Source: Escherichia coli | GTDB lineage: Bacteria > Pseudomonadota > Gammaproteobacteria > Enterobacterales > Enterobacteriaceae | Strand: one strand, 5' to 3' | Assembly (NCBI RefSeq): GCF_044647545.1 | Contig: NZ_CP172818.1 | DNA length: 64,000 bases | In this document: in pieces, positions 1 to 11,166 of the stretch | How the letters are laid out: each line of letters begins with the position of its first letter | How positions within the stretch are numbered: position 1 is the stretch's first letter | The notes under the pieces: model-generated | What the model was told of the DNA's origin: nothing | Databases searched by the model: none | What the model saw: the letters and a program-made list of their open reading frames with translations, nothing else | Position numbers and translations under genes: made by a program

Positions 1-2583
1 CGTAGCGACTTCGGTTGAACCGGTAAACATCACCCCGCGCACGCGATCATCACCCGTCAGCTGCGCGCCCACGGTTTCACCCCGACCGGGCAGCAATTGC
101 ACCACGCCTGGCGGTACACCCGCTTCCAGCAAAATGGCGATCCCTTGCGCGGCAATCAGCGGCGTTTGTTCTGCCGGTTTTGCCAGCACGCTGTTACCTG
201 CCGCCAGTGCGGCAGCGATCTGTCCGGTGAAAATCGCCAGCGGGAAGTTCCACGGACTGATACATACCACAGGCCCTAATGGACGGTGGGTTTCGTTAGC
301 GAAATCATCCCGCACCTGTCCGGCATAGTAGTGGAGAAAATCGACCGCTTCGCGCACTTCGGCAATGGCGTTACTGAAGGTTTTTCCGGCTTCACGCACC
401 AGAATACCAATCAGTTGCTGCATCTGGCTTTCCATTAGCACGGCAGCGCGATGCAAAATTGCCGCGCGTTCAGCCGGAGGAGTGGCAAACCAGATTGGCG
501 CGTTATTAACCGCACTTTCCAGCGCCTGTTCTACTTCACGCGGCGTGGCTTCACGCACATAGCCCACAATATCTTTCGGTTCCGCAGGGTTAATAACGGG
601 CGACATCTCACCTGCCGCTACCGGTTGTTCCAGCATTGGCAAGGACTGCCATTTTTGCAGTGCACTATTGAGCAGGGCTGAAGAGAGCGAGGCCAGACGG
701 TGTTCGTTAGCGAGATCCAGCCCTGCCGAGTTGTCGCGCCCGTGACCGTAAAGATCGCGCGGCAGGGGAATTTTCGGATGCGGTAATCCAGTTTGCCCTT
801 CCTGTTGCGCCAGTTTTTCTACAGCAGTGACTGGATCGGCGACCAGTTCATCCAGTGGCAAAGAGGTGTCGGCAATACGGTTAACAAACGAGGTGTTAGC
901 ACCGTTTTCCAGCAGGCGGCGCACCAGATACGCCAGCAGCGTTTCATGTGTACCGACCGGAGCATAAATACGACACGGACGGTTAAGTTTGCCGTCGGCA
1001 ACTTTCCCGGTGACCTGCTCATACAGTGGTTCGCCCATACCATGCAGGCACTGGAACTCGTACTGACCCGGGTAGTAGTTTTGACCCGCCAGTTGATAAA
1101 TTGCCGCCAGCGTATGGGCGTTGTGCGTCGCGAACTGCGGGTAGATTAAATTCGGCACCGCCAGCAGTTTTTTCGCACAGGCAAGATAAGAAACGTCGGT
1201 ATACACCTTGCGGGTATAAACCGGATAACCTTCAAGGCCGTCCATCTGTGCACGCTTGATTTCACTATCCCAGTACGCGCCTTTCACCAGGCGAATCATC
1301 AGACGGCGACGGCTGCGGGTGGCGAGATCAATCAGGTAATCGATCACCAACGGGCAGCGTTTTTGATAAGCCTGAATAACAAAACCGATGCCGTTCCAGC
1401 CTGCCAGTTCCGGCTCGAAACAGAGTTTTTCCAGCAGATCGAGGGAGATCTCCAGACGATCGGCCTCTTCGGCATCGATGTTAATACCAATATCGTACTG
1501 ACGCGCCAGCAGGGTGAGTGATTTCAGACGTGGGTAAAGCTCTTCCATTACCCGGTCATACTGGGCGCGGCTGTAACGCGGATGCAGCGCCGACAGCTTG
1601 ATTGAAATGCCCGGACCTTCATAGATGCCACGACCATTGGACGCTTTACCAATGGCGTGAATCGCCTGCTGATAGGAAACCATATACGCTTGTGCATCTG
1701 CGGCAGTCAGTGCGGCTTCGCCCAGCATATCGTAAGAGTAACGGAAACCTTTCTCTTCCAGTTTGCGGGCATTGGCTAACGCTTCCGCGATGGTTTCGCC
1801 CGTGACGAACTGCTCGCCCATCAGGCGCATCGCCATATCCACACCTTTGCGGATCAGCGGTTCACCGCTCTTACCGATAATGCGGTTCAGCGAGCGGGAG
1901 AGGCTGGCTTCGTTATGGGTGGAAACCAGTTTGCCGGTAAACAGCAGCCCCCAGGTGGCGGCATTAACAAACAAAGACGGGCTACGACCAATGTGTGACT
2001 GCCAGTTACCGTTGCTGATTTTGTCGCGAATTAACGCGTCCCGGGTGGCTTTGTCGGGAATACGCAACAACGCTTCTGCCAGACACATCAGCGCCACGCC
2101 TTCCTGCGATGACAGCGAAAACTCCTGCAATAACCCCTGGACCATACCTGCGCGACCACTGGCATTTTTTTGATTACGCAGTTTATCGGCCAGTTGATAC
2201 GCCAGTTTATGCGCCTGTTCAGCAACTGGTTGCGGCAGGCGGGCTTGTTCCAGCAGCATCGAAACCGCTTCGGTTTCCGGGCGGCGATAGGCCGCGGTGA
2301 TCGCGGCGCGGGAAACCGACTGGGGCAAAATTTGCTCGGCAAAGTCGAGGAAAGGCTGGTGTGGTTCCTCTGCCGGAGTCGGTGCTTCATCGCTCTCATT
2401 GGCCGCGCCAGAAAGCAGCGCAGGTAGCTCCGGAAGAGTATCGCTGTTTTCCAGTTGTTCAAGATAAGAAAAAATCGCCTGCTTAATTAACCAGTGTGGC
2501 GTGCGATCGATACGTGTCGCGGCAGACTTAATACGCTCACGCGTCGCGTCGTCCAGCTTAACCCCCATGGTGGTGGTTCCCAT
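1..2583 (-). CDS. putA: Bifunctional proline dehydrogenase / P5C dehydrogenase and transcriptional repressor PutA (5' ~861 codons; gene continues beyond window start)
   Basis: Reverse-complement translation from the ATG at 2583..2581 gives MGTTTMGVKLDDATRERI...; the window start reads ...LTGDDRVRGVMFTGSTEVAT, matching E. coli PutA. The six-frame track shows only fragments because the gene is cut by the window edge. Confidence 0.93.
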   Translation of the reverse strand, partial: MGTTTMGVKLDDATRERIKSAATRIDRTPHWLIKQAIFSYLEQLENSDTLPELPALLSGAANESDEAPTPAEEPHQPFLDFAEQILPQSVSRAAITAAYRRPETEAVSMLLEQARLPQPVAEQAHKLAYQLADKLRNQKNASGRAGMVQGLLQEFSLSSQEGVALMCLAEALLRIPDKATRDALIRDKISNGNWQSHIGRSPSLFVNAATWGLLFTGKLVSTHNEASLSRSLNRIIGKSGEPLIRKGVDMAMRLMGEQFVTGETIAEALANARKLEEKGFRYSYDMLGEAALTAADAQAYMVSYQQAIHAIGKASNGRGIYEGPGISIKLSALHPRYSRAQYDRVMEELYPRLKSLTLLARQYDIGINIDAEEADRLEISLDLLEKLCFEPELAGWNGIGFVIQAYQKRCPLVIDYLIDLATRSRRRLMIRLVKGAYWDSEIKRAQMDGLEGYPVYTRKVYTDVSYLACAKKLLAVPNLIYPQFATHNAHTLAAIYQLAGQNYYPGQYEFQCLHGMGEPLYEQVTGKVADGKLNRPCRIYAPVGTHETLLAYLVRRLLENGANTSFVNRIADTSLPLDELVADPVTAVEKLAQQEGQTGLPHPKIPLPRDLYGHGRDNSAGLDLANEHRLASLSSALLNSALQKWQSLPMLEQPVAAGEMSPVINPAEPKDIVGYVREATPREVEQALESAVNNAPIWFATPPAERAAILHRAAVLMESQMQQLIGILVREAGKTFSNAIAEVREAVDFLHYYAGQVRDDFANETHRPLGPVVCISPWNFPLAIFTGQIAAALAAGNSVLAKPAEQTPLIAAQGIAILLEAGVPPGVVQLLPGRGETVGAQLTGDDRVRGVMFTGSTEVAT

Positions 2584-3005
2584 GCCATTACTCCTGTTGT
2601 TCTGAAAGGTGCAACTTAACGTTATCGTGAAATATCCATGATGTTGCAACTTTGTGCAACCATGTTAAATGTGACCTGCGTAGCAAGCTTAAAAATGAAT
2701 GAAATGTTAATAAAAGAAATCGATATGACAGGGATTAAAAAAATAACTCAGACTTTTTCTCTGCGGCAGTTAACATTTTTGAAAGGTGCAACCGCAAAAA
2801 ATGTGAGAGAGTGCAACCTGATGAAAAATAGTGTCGCTGAGCACTAAAATTTAATGTAAATGGTGTGTTAAATCGATTGTGAATAACCAGCGCTTCCGGC
2901 AGGATACGGTCGCCCTGGTAAAACATAAACTCTGTTACCCCGTTCCGGTGGCAGATATAACGGCAAGTTTCGACATTGCCGATAATAATTTTTTGGAGAC
3001 TTTAG
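2584..3005. promoter_or_regulatory. put control region: divergent putA/putP promoters with five GTGCAAC/GTTGCA PutA operator motifs
   Basis: GTTGCA-type motifs seen near 2608-2615, 2643-2650, 2654-2660, 2786-2794 and 2811-2817; the ~420 bp divergent intergenic region is AT-rich. Confidence 0.8.
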
Positions 3006-4514
<1,509 letters not shown>

Positions 4515-4552
4515 GAGAGGCAATCAGTGATTGCCCTCTGCGTTTTTTCTCA
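4515..4552 (+). terminator. Probable rho-independent terminator after putP
   Basis: GC-rich hairpin (agaggcaatcagtgattgccctct) followed by a T-run (gcgttttttctc). Confidence 0.6.
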
Positions 4553-4611
4553 AAATATTTTTACATCTTCTCATCATTATCACTACATTTCACTTGTATT
4601 TTTCTTCATCG

Positions 4612-4629
4612 TAATGATAATCGCTATCA
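4612..4629 (+). promoter_or_regulatory. Fur-box-like site upstream of efeU
   Basis: taatgataatcgctatca resembles the Fur consensus GATAATGATAATCATTATC; a second Fur-like hexamer array (tcatcattatcac) lies at ~4571-4583. Confidence 0.6.
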
Positions 4630-4687
4630 CTGCGATTTACTTTTCTTTGCATAGATTGACTCAGAAAAACGTTTAAGGGTGGGTGGC

Positions 4688-5518
4688 ATGTTTGTTCCAT
4701 TTCTCATTATGTTGCGCGAAGGACTTGAAGCCGCGCTGATTGTCAGTTTGATTGCCAGCTATCTTAAGCGTACCCAGCGAGGCCGATGGATTGGTGTGAT
4801 GTGGATTGGCGTGTTGCTTGCCGCTGCGTTGTGCCTGGGCTTGGGTATCTTCATTAACGAAACCACCGGTGAATTTCCGCAAAAAGAACAGGAACTGTTT
4901 GAAGGCATCGTGGCGGTGATCGCCGTGGTGATCCTTACCTGGATGGTTTTCTGGATGCGCAAAGTGTCGCGCAACGTCAAAGTACAACTGGAGCAGGCGG
5001 TCGATAGCGCATTGCAGCGTGGAAATCATCATGGCTGGGCGCTGGTGATGATGGTTTTTTTTGCCGTTGCAAGGGAAGGGCTGGAGTCGGTCTTTTTCCT
5101 GCTGGCGGCATTTCAACAAGATGTCGGGATCTGGCCGCCGCTGGGTGCAATGCTCGGTCTTGCTACAGCCGTGGTGCTTGGCTTCCTGCTCTACTGGGGC
5201 GGTATTCGCCTCAATCTTGGTGCATTTTTTAAATGGACCAGCCTGTTTATTCTCTTCGTCGCCGCAGGGCTGGCGGCTGGTGCCATTCGCGCATTTCATG
5301 AAGCCGGATTGTGGAACCACTTTCAGGAAATCGCCTTCGATATGAGCGCGGTGCTCTCAACTCACTCGCTGTTTGGCACGCTGATGGAAGGGATTTTTGG
5401 CTATCAGGAAGCGCCGAGTGTCAGCGAAGTCGCCGTCTGGTTTATTTATCTCATCCCGGCGCTGGTGGCATTTGCTCTGCCACCACGCGCAGGGGCGACA
5501 GCGTCTCGCTCCGCGTAA
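4688..5518 (+). CDS. efeU: Ferrous iron permease EfeU (FTR1/OFeT family), apparently intact
   Basis: Continuous ORF (track 4679..5518; the ATG at 4688 gives 276 aa) containing two REGLE motifs (MLREGLEAAL and VAREGLESVF). Confidence 0.9.
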   Translation: MFVPFLIMLREGLEAALIVSLIASYLKRTQRGRWIGVMWIGVLLAAALCLGLGIFINETTGEFPQKEQELFEGIVAVIAVVILTWMVFWMRKVSRNVKVQLEQAVDSALQRGNHHGWALVMMVFFAVAREGLESVFFLLAAFQQDVGIWPPLGAMLGLATAVVLGFLLYWGGIRLNLGAFFKWTSLFILFVAAGLAAGAIRAFHEAGLWNHFQEIAFDMSAVLSTHSLFGTLMEGIFGYQEAPSVSEVAVWFIYLIPALVAFALPPRAGATASRSA

Positions 5519-5575
5519 CAAATACGACGCAAACTCTTGCTTAGTTACAACATACTTTAAAGGGATAGTCTCGTC

Positions 5576-6703
5576 ATGACCATTAACTTCCGCCGTAACG
5601 CATTGCAGTTGAGCGTGGCTGCGCTGTTCTCTTCTGCTTTTATGGCTAACGCCGCTGATATTCCGCAAGTCAAAGTGACCGTAACGGATAAGCAGTGCGA
5701 GCCGATGACCATTACGGTTAATGCCGGTAAAACACAGTTCATTATTCAGAACCACAGCCAGAAGGCGCTGGAGTGGGAGATCCTCAAAGGCGTGATGGTG
5801 GTGGAAGAGCGGGAAAATATCGCCCCTGGCTTTAGCCAGAAAATGACGGCGAATTTACAGCCTGGCGAATACGATATGACCTGCGGTCTGCTGACTAACC
5901 CGAAAGGGAAGTTGATCGTCAAAGGTGAGGCAACGGCGGATGCGGCGCAAAGTGATGCGCTGTTAAGTCTTGGTGGTGCAATTACTGCATATAAAGCGTA
6001 TGTCATGGCGGAAACCACGCAGCTGGTGACCGACACCAAAGCCTTTACCGACGCGATTAAAGCAGGCGATATCGAAAAAGCGAAAGCACTGTATGCGCCG
6101 ACGCGCCAGCACTATGAGCGCATTGAACCGATTGCTGAACTGTTCTCCGATCTGGATGGCAGCATTGACGCCCGTGAAGATGATTACGAGCAAAAAGCCG
6201 CCGATCCAAAATTCACCGGTTTCCACCGTCTGGAAAAAGCATTGTTTGGCGATAACACCACTAAAGGGATGGATAAGTATGCCGACCAGCTTTATACCGA
6301 TGTGGTCGATTTGCAAAAACGCATCAGTGAACTGGCTTTCCCACCTTCAAAAGTGGTCGGCGGTGCAGCCGGACTGATTGAGGAAGTGGCAGCCAGCAAA
6401 ATCAGCGGTGAAGAAGATCGCTACAGCCACACCGATCTGTGGGATTTCCAGGCTAACGTTGAAGGCTCGCAGAAAATTGTCGATCTGCTGCGTCCACAAC
6501 TGCAAAAGGCCAACCCGGAACTGCTGGCAAAAGTCGATGCCAATTTCAAAAAGGTCGATACCATTCTGGCGAAATACCGAACCAAAGACGGTTATGAAAC
6601 TTACGACAAGCTGACCGATGCCGACCGTAATGCGCTGAAAGGGCCGATTACTGCGCTGGCGGAAGATCTGGCGCAATTTCGTGGTGTGCTGGGACTGGAT
6701 TAA
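5576..6703 (+). CDS. efeO: Periplasmic iron uptake protein EfeO (cupredoxin-like plus peptidase M75 domain)
   Basis: ORF 375 aa with N-terminal signal peptide (…[12 protein letters not shown]); recognised as E. coli EfeO/YcdO. Confidence 0.92.
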   Translation: MTINFRRNALQLSVAALFSSAFMANAADIPQVKVTVTDKQCEPMTITVNAGKTQFIIQNHSQKALEWEILKGVMVVEERENIAPGFSQKMTANLQPGEYDMTCGLLTNPKGKLIVKGEATADAAQSDALLSLGGAITAYKAYVMAETTQLVTDTKAFTDAIKAGDIEKAKALYAPTRQHYERIEPIAELFSDLDGSIDAREDDYEQKAADPKFTGFHRLEKALFGDNTTKGMDKYADQLYTDVVDLQKRISELAFPPSKVVGGAAGLIEEVAASKISGEEDRYSHTDLWDFQANVEGSQKIVDLLRPQLQKANPELLAKVDANFKKVDTILAKYRTKDGYETYDKLTDADRNALKGPITALAEDLAQFRGVLGLD

Positions 6704-6708
6704 GCGTT

Positions 6709-7980
6709 ATGCAGTATGAAGATGAAAACGGCGTGAATGAACCGTCACGCCGACGTTTACTGAAAGGGATTGGCGCGCTGGCGCTGGCAGGAAGTTGTCC
6801 GGTAGCGCATGCTCAAAAAACGCAAAGTGCGCCGGGGACGCTTTCACCGGATGCGCGCAGTGAAGCGCAGCCGTTTTATGGCGAACATCAGGCGGGTATT
6901 CTGACGCCGCAGCAGGCGGCAATGATGCTGGTGGCGTTTGATGTGCTTGCCAGCGATAAAACCGATCTTGAACGGTTGTTTCGCTTGTTGACTCAGCGTT
7001 TTGCTTTTCTGACTCAGGGCGGAGCGGCACCAGAAACGCCAAATCCGCGCCTGCCACCACTCGATTCCGGCATTCTTGGCGGCTACATTGCGCCCGATAA
7101 TCTCACCATAACGTTATCGGTGGGTCACTCATTGTTTGATGAGCGCTTTGGCCTTGCGCCACAGATGCCAAAAAAGTTGCAGAAGATGACGCGTTTCCCT
7201 AACGACTCGCTGGATGCGGCGTTATGTCATGGTGATGTGTTGCTACAAATTTGCGCCAACACCCAGGACACGGTGATCCATGCGCTGCGCGATATCATCA
7301 AACACACGCCGGATTTGCTCAGCGTGCGCTGGAAGCGGGAAGGGTTTATTTCCGACCACGCAGCGCGTAGTAAAGGCAAAGAGACGCCGATAAATTTGCT
7401 GGGCTTTAAAGACGGCACCGCCAATCCCGATAGCCAGAATGCGAAGTTGATGCAAAAAGTGGTGTGGGTGACGGCAGATCAGCAGGAGCCTGCGTGGACA
7501 ATCGGTGGCAGCTATCAGGCAGTACGCTTGATTCAGTTTCGGGTGGAATTTTGGGACAGAACGCCGCTGAAAGAGCAGCAGACGATATTTGGTCGTGATA
7601 AGCAAACCGGTGCGCCGCTGGGAATGCAGCATGAGCATGATGTTCCCGATTACGCCAGCGATCCGGAAGGGAAGGTGATCGCGCTGGACAGCCATATTCG
7701 GCTGGCGAATCCCCGCACGCCAGAGAGTGAGTCAAGTCTGATGCTGCGTCGTGGCTACAGTTATTCACTGGGCGTCACCAACTCCGGGCAACTGGATATG
7801 GGGCTACTGTTTGTCTGCTACCAACACGATCTGGAAAAAGGCTTCCTGACAGTACAAAAAAGGCTCAATGGCGAAGCGCTGGAGGAATACGTTAAACCCA
7901 TCGGCGGCGGTTATTTTTTTGCGCTGCCGGGAGTGAAGGACGCGAATGATTATCTCGGAAGCGCGTTATTGCGGGTTTGA
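6709..7980 (+). CDS. efeB: Dye-decolorising (DyP-type) haem peroxidase EfeB, Tat-exported
   Basis: ORF 423 aa; twin-arginine signal [16 protein letters not shown]; recognised as EfeB/YcdB. Confidence 0.92.
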   Translation: MQYEDENGVNEPSRRRLLKGIGALALAGSCPVAHAQKTQSAPGTLSPDARSEAQPFYGEHQAGILTPQQAAMMLVAFDVLASDKTDLERLFRLLTQRFAFLTQGGAAPETPNPRLPPLDSGILGGYIAPDNLTITLSVGHSLFDERFGLAPQMPKKLQKMTRFPNDSLDAALCHGDVLLQICANTQDTVIHALRDIIKHTPDLLSVRWKREGFISDHAARSKGKETPINLLGFKDGTANPDSQNAKLMQKVVWVTADQQEPAWTIGGSYQAVRLIQFRVEFWDRTPLKEQQTIFGRDKQTGAPLGMQHEHDVPDYASDPEGKVIALDSHIRLANPRTPESESSLMLRRGYSYSLGVTNSGQLDMGLLFVCYQHDLEKGFLTVQKRLNGEALEEYVKPIGGGYFFALPGVKDANDYLGSALLRV

Positions 7981-7991
7981 ACGACGCAAAT

Positions 7992-8096
7992 ATGCCCGAT
8001 GCGCAGGTTTATCGGGCATGAGTTTTGTGCACAAATTATTAATCACTTGTAGGTCGGGTAAGGCGTTCGCGCAGCATCCGGCAAACACGAGGCACA
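7992..8096. repeat. REP/BIME-type extragenic palindromic repeats
   Basis: Imperfect palindromes tgcccgatgcgcaggtttatcgggca and gtaggtcgggtaaggcgttcgcgcagcatccggca, typical of E. coli REP units. Confidence 0.7.
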
Positions 8097-8145
8097 TTTT
8101 ACCAGCCCAGCGAATCCTGCTGAAAGCACACAGCTTTTTTCATCA

Positions 8146-8163
8146 CTGTCATCACTCTGTCAT
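8146..8163 (+). promoter_or_regulatory. Pho box (PhoB binding site) of the phoH promoter
   Basis: CTGTCATCACTCTGTCAT is a two-direct-repeat CTGTCAT match to the Pho box consensus. Confidence 0.75.
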
Positions 8164-8452
8164 CTTTCCAGTAGAAACTAATGTCACTGAAATGGTGTTT
8201 TATAGTTAAATATAAGTGAATATATTGTTGCAATGAATGCGAGATCTGTTGTACTTATTAAGTAGCAGCGGAAGTTCCCGGCAGTGATAGTCAGTCACTA
8301 TGGAGATCGCGGATGGTAACGTCCTGTTCTGGACAATGTTTTGTTAAGCAAGGCTCCACCACTCGCGGAGATTTCTCCTCCGGTAGCAACTTCGTCACTC
8401 TGTATTTTTCTCACTTCCTCTCTTTACTCGTGTTACCGACGCCGCAAACGGT

Positions 8453-9376
8453 GTGCGTAGCCGTTTTTCGGCATTTTATCCAAAAGCAAACTATGGCTTA
8501 CAAGGAAGCCAACCCTCTGATGTTCGTGCGCATAATCGCGCTGCCAACGGCGCGTGTGATGAATACAAACAACTCAAGGTGCTCTCCATGGGAAGACAAA
8601 AAGCAGTGATCAAAGCTCGTCGCGAGGCAAAACGTGTGCTGAGACGGGATTCGCGCAGCCATAAGCAGCGTGAAGAAGAATCGGTCACCTCGCTTGTGCA
8701 GATGAGCGGCGTAGAAGCCATTGGTATGGCCCGCGACAGTCGCGATACTTCGCCCATCCTCGCGCGAAATGAAGCGCAATTGCACTATCTGAAGGCTATT
8801 GAGAGTAAGCAGCTGATATTCGCCACGGGCGAAGCTGGGTGCGGAAAAACCTGGATCAGCGCAGCAAAAGCGGCAGAGGCCCTGATACATAAGGATGTCG
8901 ACAGGATTATCGTCACCCGTCCAGTTCTGCAAGCCGATGAAGATCTTGGCTTCTTACCTGGTGATATCGCAGAAAAGTTTGCTCCCTATTTTCGCCCGGT
9001 CTACGATGTGCTGGTCCGGCGCTTAGGGGCTTCCTTTATGCAGTACTGCCTGCGACCAGAAATAGGGAAGGTGGAAATTGCGCCGTTCGCCTATATGCGT
9101 GGACGTACCTTTGAAAATGCAGTCGTCATTCTTGACGAGGCGCAGAATGTGACTGCCGCGCAAATGAAAATGTTTTTAACCCGCCTCGGGGAGAACGTGA
9201 CGGTTATCGTCAACGGTGATATCACGCAATGCGATTTGCCTCGCGGCGTGTGCTCCGGATTAAGTGACGCGCTGGAACGTTTCGAAGAGGATGAAATGGT
9301 CGGGATCGTCCGATTCGGTAAAGAGGATTGCGTACGTTCGGCACTTTGCCAACGTACGCTACATGCATACAGTTAA
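8453..9376 (+). CDS. phoH: PhoH, phosphate-starvation-inducible ATP-binding protein (start uncertain; ATG at 8588 would give 262 aa)
   Basis: ORF track 307 aa; Walker A motif GEAGCGKT; C-terminal ...CQRTLHAYS; recognised as E. coli PhoH. Confidence 0.88.
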   Translation: MRSRFSAFYPKANYGLQGSQPSDVRAHNRAANGACDEYKQLKVLSMGRQKAVIKARREAKRVLRRDSRSHKQREEESVTSLVQMSGVEAIGMARDSRDTSPILARNEAQLHYLKAIESKQLIFATGEAGCGKTWISAAKAAEALIHKDVDRIIVTRPVLQADEDLGFLPGDIAEKFAPYFRPVYDVLVRRLGASFMQYCLRPEIGKVEIAPFAYMRGRTFENAVVILDEAQNVTAAQMKMFLTRLGENVTVIVNGDITQCDLPRGVCSGLSDALERFEEDEMVGIVRFGKEDCVRSALCQRTLHAYS

Positions 9377-9425
9377 GTGTATTATCGGCGCAGAGCCCGG
9401 GCGAACCGGGCTTTGTTTTGGGTGT

Positions 9426-9839
9426 TTATACCCGGACTAGCGTTTTTTCTGAAACCACCATTTTTATTTGTCCCTGGCTGGTGAAGTGTACGCTCATCCT
9501 GTGGCTTTTTTGTAGTTGCTGATAAAGCTCATCAGGTATTGCTAAGCTCTCTGCATATTCTCGCGGCGTATATTGGTATGCTGCATGATGCTGCTGTTTT
9601 TTAAAACGCAGCTTATTGTACAATGCCCAGACGATTAACACGACGGCATTCGCCACTGCCAGCAAAAAATAGAACTGAAGTCGGCTTCTGGCCTCGCTTT
9701 GCCAGTAATAACCCGTCAGCAGATCAATGGCGAATAAGAATATGAACAAAGCAAATAATGTCCACAAGATGGTTGTGGCAACATAATCAACCAGTAAACG
9801 TACTGGCGATTGTCGGGTCGTAATAATTAGATTGTTCAT
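9426..9839 (-). CDS. pgaD: PNAG biosynthesis protein PgaD
   Basis: ORF 137 aa, small membrane protein immediately downstream of pgaC; size and sequence match PgaD. Confidence 0.9.
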   Translation of the reverse strand: MNNLIITTRQSPVRLLVDYVATTILWTLFALFIFLFAIDLLTGYYWQSEARSRLQFYFLLAVANAVVLIVWALYNKLRFKKQQHHAAYQYTPREYAESLAIPDELYQQLQKSHRMSVHFTSQGQIKMVVSEKTLVRV

Positions 9840-9840
9840 A

Positions 9841-11166
9841 TTAACCTCTCAGAATCCCACGATCGGGACTTACCCAACGAGCGCGTTGTTTTTTAGGCAT
9901 CAACATGACTCGTGTAAATGATACCAATGTCGTTGCCAGGCTTAGCATCCAGAAAATAACCGGGAACCAAATAATCCAGAAAAGCGATGAAGCCAGATTG
10001 TGCTCATAGCGATTCTCAATCACCAGACTGACAATAAATTGCAGTAAACATAACGTACACAATAATATTCCGGCAGTATGTGTCGCTGCGATATGTGTCA
10101 ATTCAATATTTAACGGTACACCTGCAAGTTGGACTGCGTAAATAATGAAACCGACCAGGCAGGTAAAGGCCCATATTGTCGTCAGACAGTATTCAAAAAA
10201 CAGTGGCCACATTCGAAAGTTTTCTTTGCGCCATAGCCTTGTCATATTTTTGAGGAATACTTCTGCACCGCCCTGAGCCCAGCGCAGGCGCTGTTTCCAC
10301 AGCCCTTTTAACGTTTCAGGCATTAATATCCAGCACAGCGCCCGTGGCTCGTAAAAAATCGTCCACTGATTCAACTGCAGCTTCCAGCTAATATCAATAT
10401 CTTCGGTGATCATATCGTCACTCCAGTAACCCACTTCTGCCAGGGCGCTGCGACGAAATGCGGCAATAACACCGGAAACTGTAAATACGTTTCCATAGAT
10501 ACGCTGGGTCCGCTTGATCAAACCAATAATTGAGGAATACTCGCCAACCTGAATTTTACCCACCAGGGTAGAACGTGTGCGAATACGAGGATTACCGGTT
10601 ACGGCACCCACACGCGGGTTGTACAACATCGGTTCCACAATATATGCCGCCGCATCGCGGTCTAATAACGCATCGCCATCAATGCACACCAGATATTCAC
10701 TTTTCGCCGCGGCAGCTCCGGTTTTAAGCGCAATGGCTTTCCCCTGGTTTTGCGCCAGATGAATGACCCGCAGGTGGGGAATTTGTGCAGCCATGCGATC
10801 CAGGATGGCACGGGTTTTGTCTGTTGAACCGTCATTTACGGCAATAACTTCAATGTTCTCATAACGCTGTGCTAAAGCGGCGTGTATGGTTTCCTCAACG
10901 TTTTTCTCCTCATTAAAACAGGGAATGATAATGGAGATAGACGGATTATCTTTCAACTGGGGGGCTGGTGCGTTTTCTCCCCACGGCCAGTGGCGTTCAC
11001 GATAGACCCAGAAATAGACGCCGCCAACAATCCACATAATGGACATAAAAAACGGCCAGAAGAAAACGAACCTCATCATCAGTTCACCAGAGTGAAAGTA
11101 CGCTACGCATAGGGGGATGCATAACACCAGACATAATATAAAAAACGATACGATGCGATTAATCAT
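9841..11166 (-). CDS. pgaC: Poly-beta-1,6-N-acetylglucosamine synthase PgaC (GT2 glycosyltransferase)
   Basis: ORF 441 aa; recognised as E. coli PgaC by sequence and size. Confidence 0.93.
   Translation of the reverse strand: MINRIVSFFILCLVLCIPLCVAYFHSGELMMRFVFFWPFFMSIMWIVGGVYFWVYRERHWPWGENAPAPQLKDNPSISIIIPCFNEEKNVEETIHAALAQRYENIEVIAVNDGSTDKTRAILDRMAAQIPHLRVIHLAQNQGKAIALKTGAAAAKSEYLVCIDGDALLDRDAAAYIVEPMLYNPRVGAVTGNPRIRTRSTLVGKIQVGEYSSIIGLIKRTQRIYGNVFTVSGVIAAFRRSALAEVGYWSDDMITEDIDISWKLQLNQWTIFYEPRALCWILMPETLKGLWKQRLRWAQGGAEVFLKNMTRLWRKENFRMWPLFFEYCLTTIWAFTCLVGFIIYAVQLAGVPLNIELTHIAATHTAGILLCTLCLLQFIVSLVIENRYEHNLASSLFWIIWFPVIFWMLSLATTLVSFTRVMLMPKKQRARWVSPDRGILRG

Noticed and set aside
4673-5320. 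215 aa minus-strand ORF overlapping efeU
   Set aside because: It is antisense to efeU, with no upstream signals and a His/Arg-rich nonsense translation.
8313-8609. 98 aa plus-strand ORF upstream of and overlapping phoH
   Set aside because: It is in a different frame from phoH and lies in its leader. The peptide looks like non-coding translation, though the phoH start remains uncertain (8453 versus 8588).
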